DNA of 63,892 bases, counting the filler, from Dirinaria sp. TL-2023a (lineage: Eukaryota), in NCBI GenBank assembly GCA_051941275.1. It is 28 parts of 28 records of this genome, joined end to end, with 100 filler letters (N's around TTAATTAATTAA, not from the genome) between each part and the next. Parts side by side here need not be neighbours in the genome. Positions count along the whole stretch, not along the records: positions 61,744 to 63,892 come from JAVEBF010002376.1; 27 more parts are not named here. One strand, 5' to 3'. Shown piece by piece: positions 62,536 through 63,892 of this stretch; within the stretch, counting starts at the first letter, position 1; each line of letters starts with the position of its first letter. The notes beneath the pieces were generated by a model. It searched no databases, was not told where the DNA came from, and was given only the letters and a program-made list of their open reading frames with translations. The position numbers and the translations under genes are program-made.

Positions 62536-63892
62536 ATGGAGGAGGACCAAGATGGAGGCGCAAGTAGTGTGTTATTGGCCGGTGAAAGTATCACGATTGA
62601 CAGCCTCCTGGCAAGATGCCACAACCTTCTCGATGAGATCCAGCAGTTCCGGGATTTTTTGGCCCAGCACAGGAAGGACAAAGATGTGGATGTACGCCAC
62701 TTTCAGAACGGAATCCTATCTGAGCAGAAGTCTCTGGAGAAGGTATACCTTTCTACCTTCGATCAGAGCAGTTTTATTCTACGATGAGTAGTCGCACTTT
62801 TCCCATATGGCCCTAGGTCAGGCCTGGTTTGTCCACTCATTCGATATCGTTGACAAAATACAATGAATTATCTATTGCTAATTCAATTAGTTCGTAGCCA
62901 CTAATCCGAACAACGAACGCACGATCCATACCCTGCGCTCTTCAAACCTACGCTTCTACTCCGCTGTATGGGACGCCGCGAAACAAACCACTGGTCTTGT
63001 GACCTTCAACAAGCGCTTTTACTGGGATAATTCCACATCTAGAGATCTCAAGCGGCAAGGCAGACCCAAAAAGCGTGGAGCACTGGTGGATATAGTCGCA
63101 GAAGACGGGCAACAATGGATCAAAGTCTCGACTGTGACCGAAAAGCGCCTGCTGTTCGAGTTAGCAAAGCAAGGTTGGGAAGTCGGCAGCTCATCCGATG
63201 ATGATGAGAAGAATGAAGGGAGCATCACGCCCACAAGCAGTAACGGCGTCCTGAACTCATTCAGCAAACCGAACCATACCTCCGATGACGAGGACGACAA
63301 ACTCGAGCTGATCCGGCTCGCTCAAGACCTCCAGAAAGCCTCCCAAGCAACTCGAGTCCGCTACAAACACCCACACGTCCACTTCGTCCTCCCGAACGTG
63401 ATCCCAGGCCGCGTCGCTGAAATCGACCGAATCCTCTCCACAATCCACTCCACAGGCGCCTCCACAAGCTGCAAGCCGGACTTGAACCCTCCACAATCCT
63501 CCTCCCTCCACTCAACCTTCGCCCCAATGCTTCCATTCTCAACCCGCCAGCTATCCTCAACGCTAAACATAGACTGCACGATCCTACTCGCGCTGGTATC
63601 CGATCTCTCGCACTACACCTCGAGCAGCATTCCATTGGAAACCGCCTCAGGAGCCAAAAGCGGCACCCCGCATCCCGCCAGCGTACGGCAGCTGAAGATG
63701 GAGAGTGAAGAACAACTCCTCCCAAGCATCTTGTATCCCCTTCTGCAGGGGAAGAAGCTGGTATGTACATCGGAAGCGGCGAAACGGATGCGGGAAATCG
63801 TGAACGTGATCGGGACCGAGGACGAGAAAGCACGCACACACCTCTTTATCTCCGATCCATCTTTTTTTTCGTCCTCCCCCTCCCCCTCATCC
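62536..63892 (+). CDS. DUF1308 / C7orf25-like protein, 3'-truncated; intron 62743..62890
   Basis: LRSSNLRFYSAVW, VDIVAEDGQQWIKVST, LLFELAKQGWE and LNIDCTILLALVSDLSH. Exon 2 is open to the window end, so it is missing from the ORF track. Confidence 0.8.

Noticed and set aside
1..63892. Apparent clustering of defence genes (NLRs, dynamin) or metabolic genes (P450, SDRs, GNAT)
   Set aside because: They lie on different contigs ordered only by length, so no linkage can be inferred. The contigs may not all come from one organism.

Overview
This is not one locus. It is 28 unrelated contigs of about 2.15-2.22 kb, sorted by decreasing length and joined by an artificial 100-bp spacer (44 N + TTAATTAATTAA + 44 N), so adjacency across spacers means nothing. 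The DNA is from a filamentous ascomycete (Pezizomycotina), judged from short GT-AG introns with CTRAC-like branch sites and fungal-type proteins. Recognisable genes, many cut at contig ends: GNAT acetyltransferase, two SDRs, a decayed CYP7-like P450, Mx-like dynamin, pirin, MDM10, a PPPDE-like peptidase, NOP16, a ZIP zinc transporter, a BTB protein end, a secreted Cys-rich protein, a NACHT-WD40 relic, DHR2, COG5, a NACHT-ankyrin NLR, an ankyrin protein, hexose-6-phosphate mutarotase, SRP21 and a DUF1308-type protein. The most interesting signals are in the AT-rich repeat contigs. (1) A non-coding miniature LTR retroelement (TRIM-like; 130-133-bp LTRs, ~200-bp interior) forms a tandem array and has a primer-binding site complementary to its own LTR (Tf1-type self-priming) plus a conserved hairpin. 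(2) The repeats show RIP-like hypermutation biased to CpC->TpC (GG->GA) and sparing CpG, unlike canonical CpA RIP. (3) A multicopy element carries two divergent unknown ORFs, and both its filled and empty TRIM sites are visible. All protein calls come from motif recognition by eye, not database searches.
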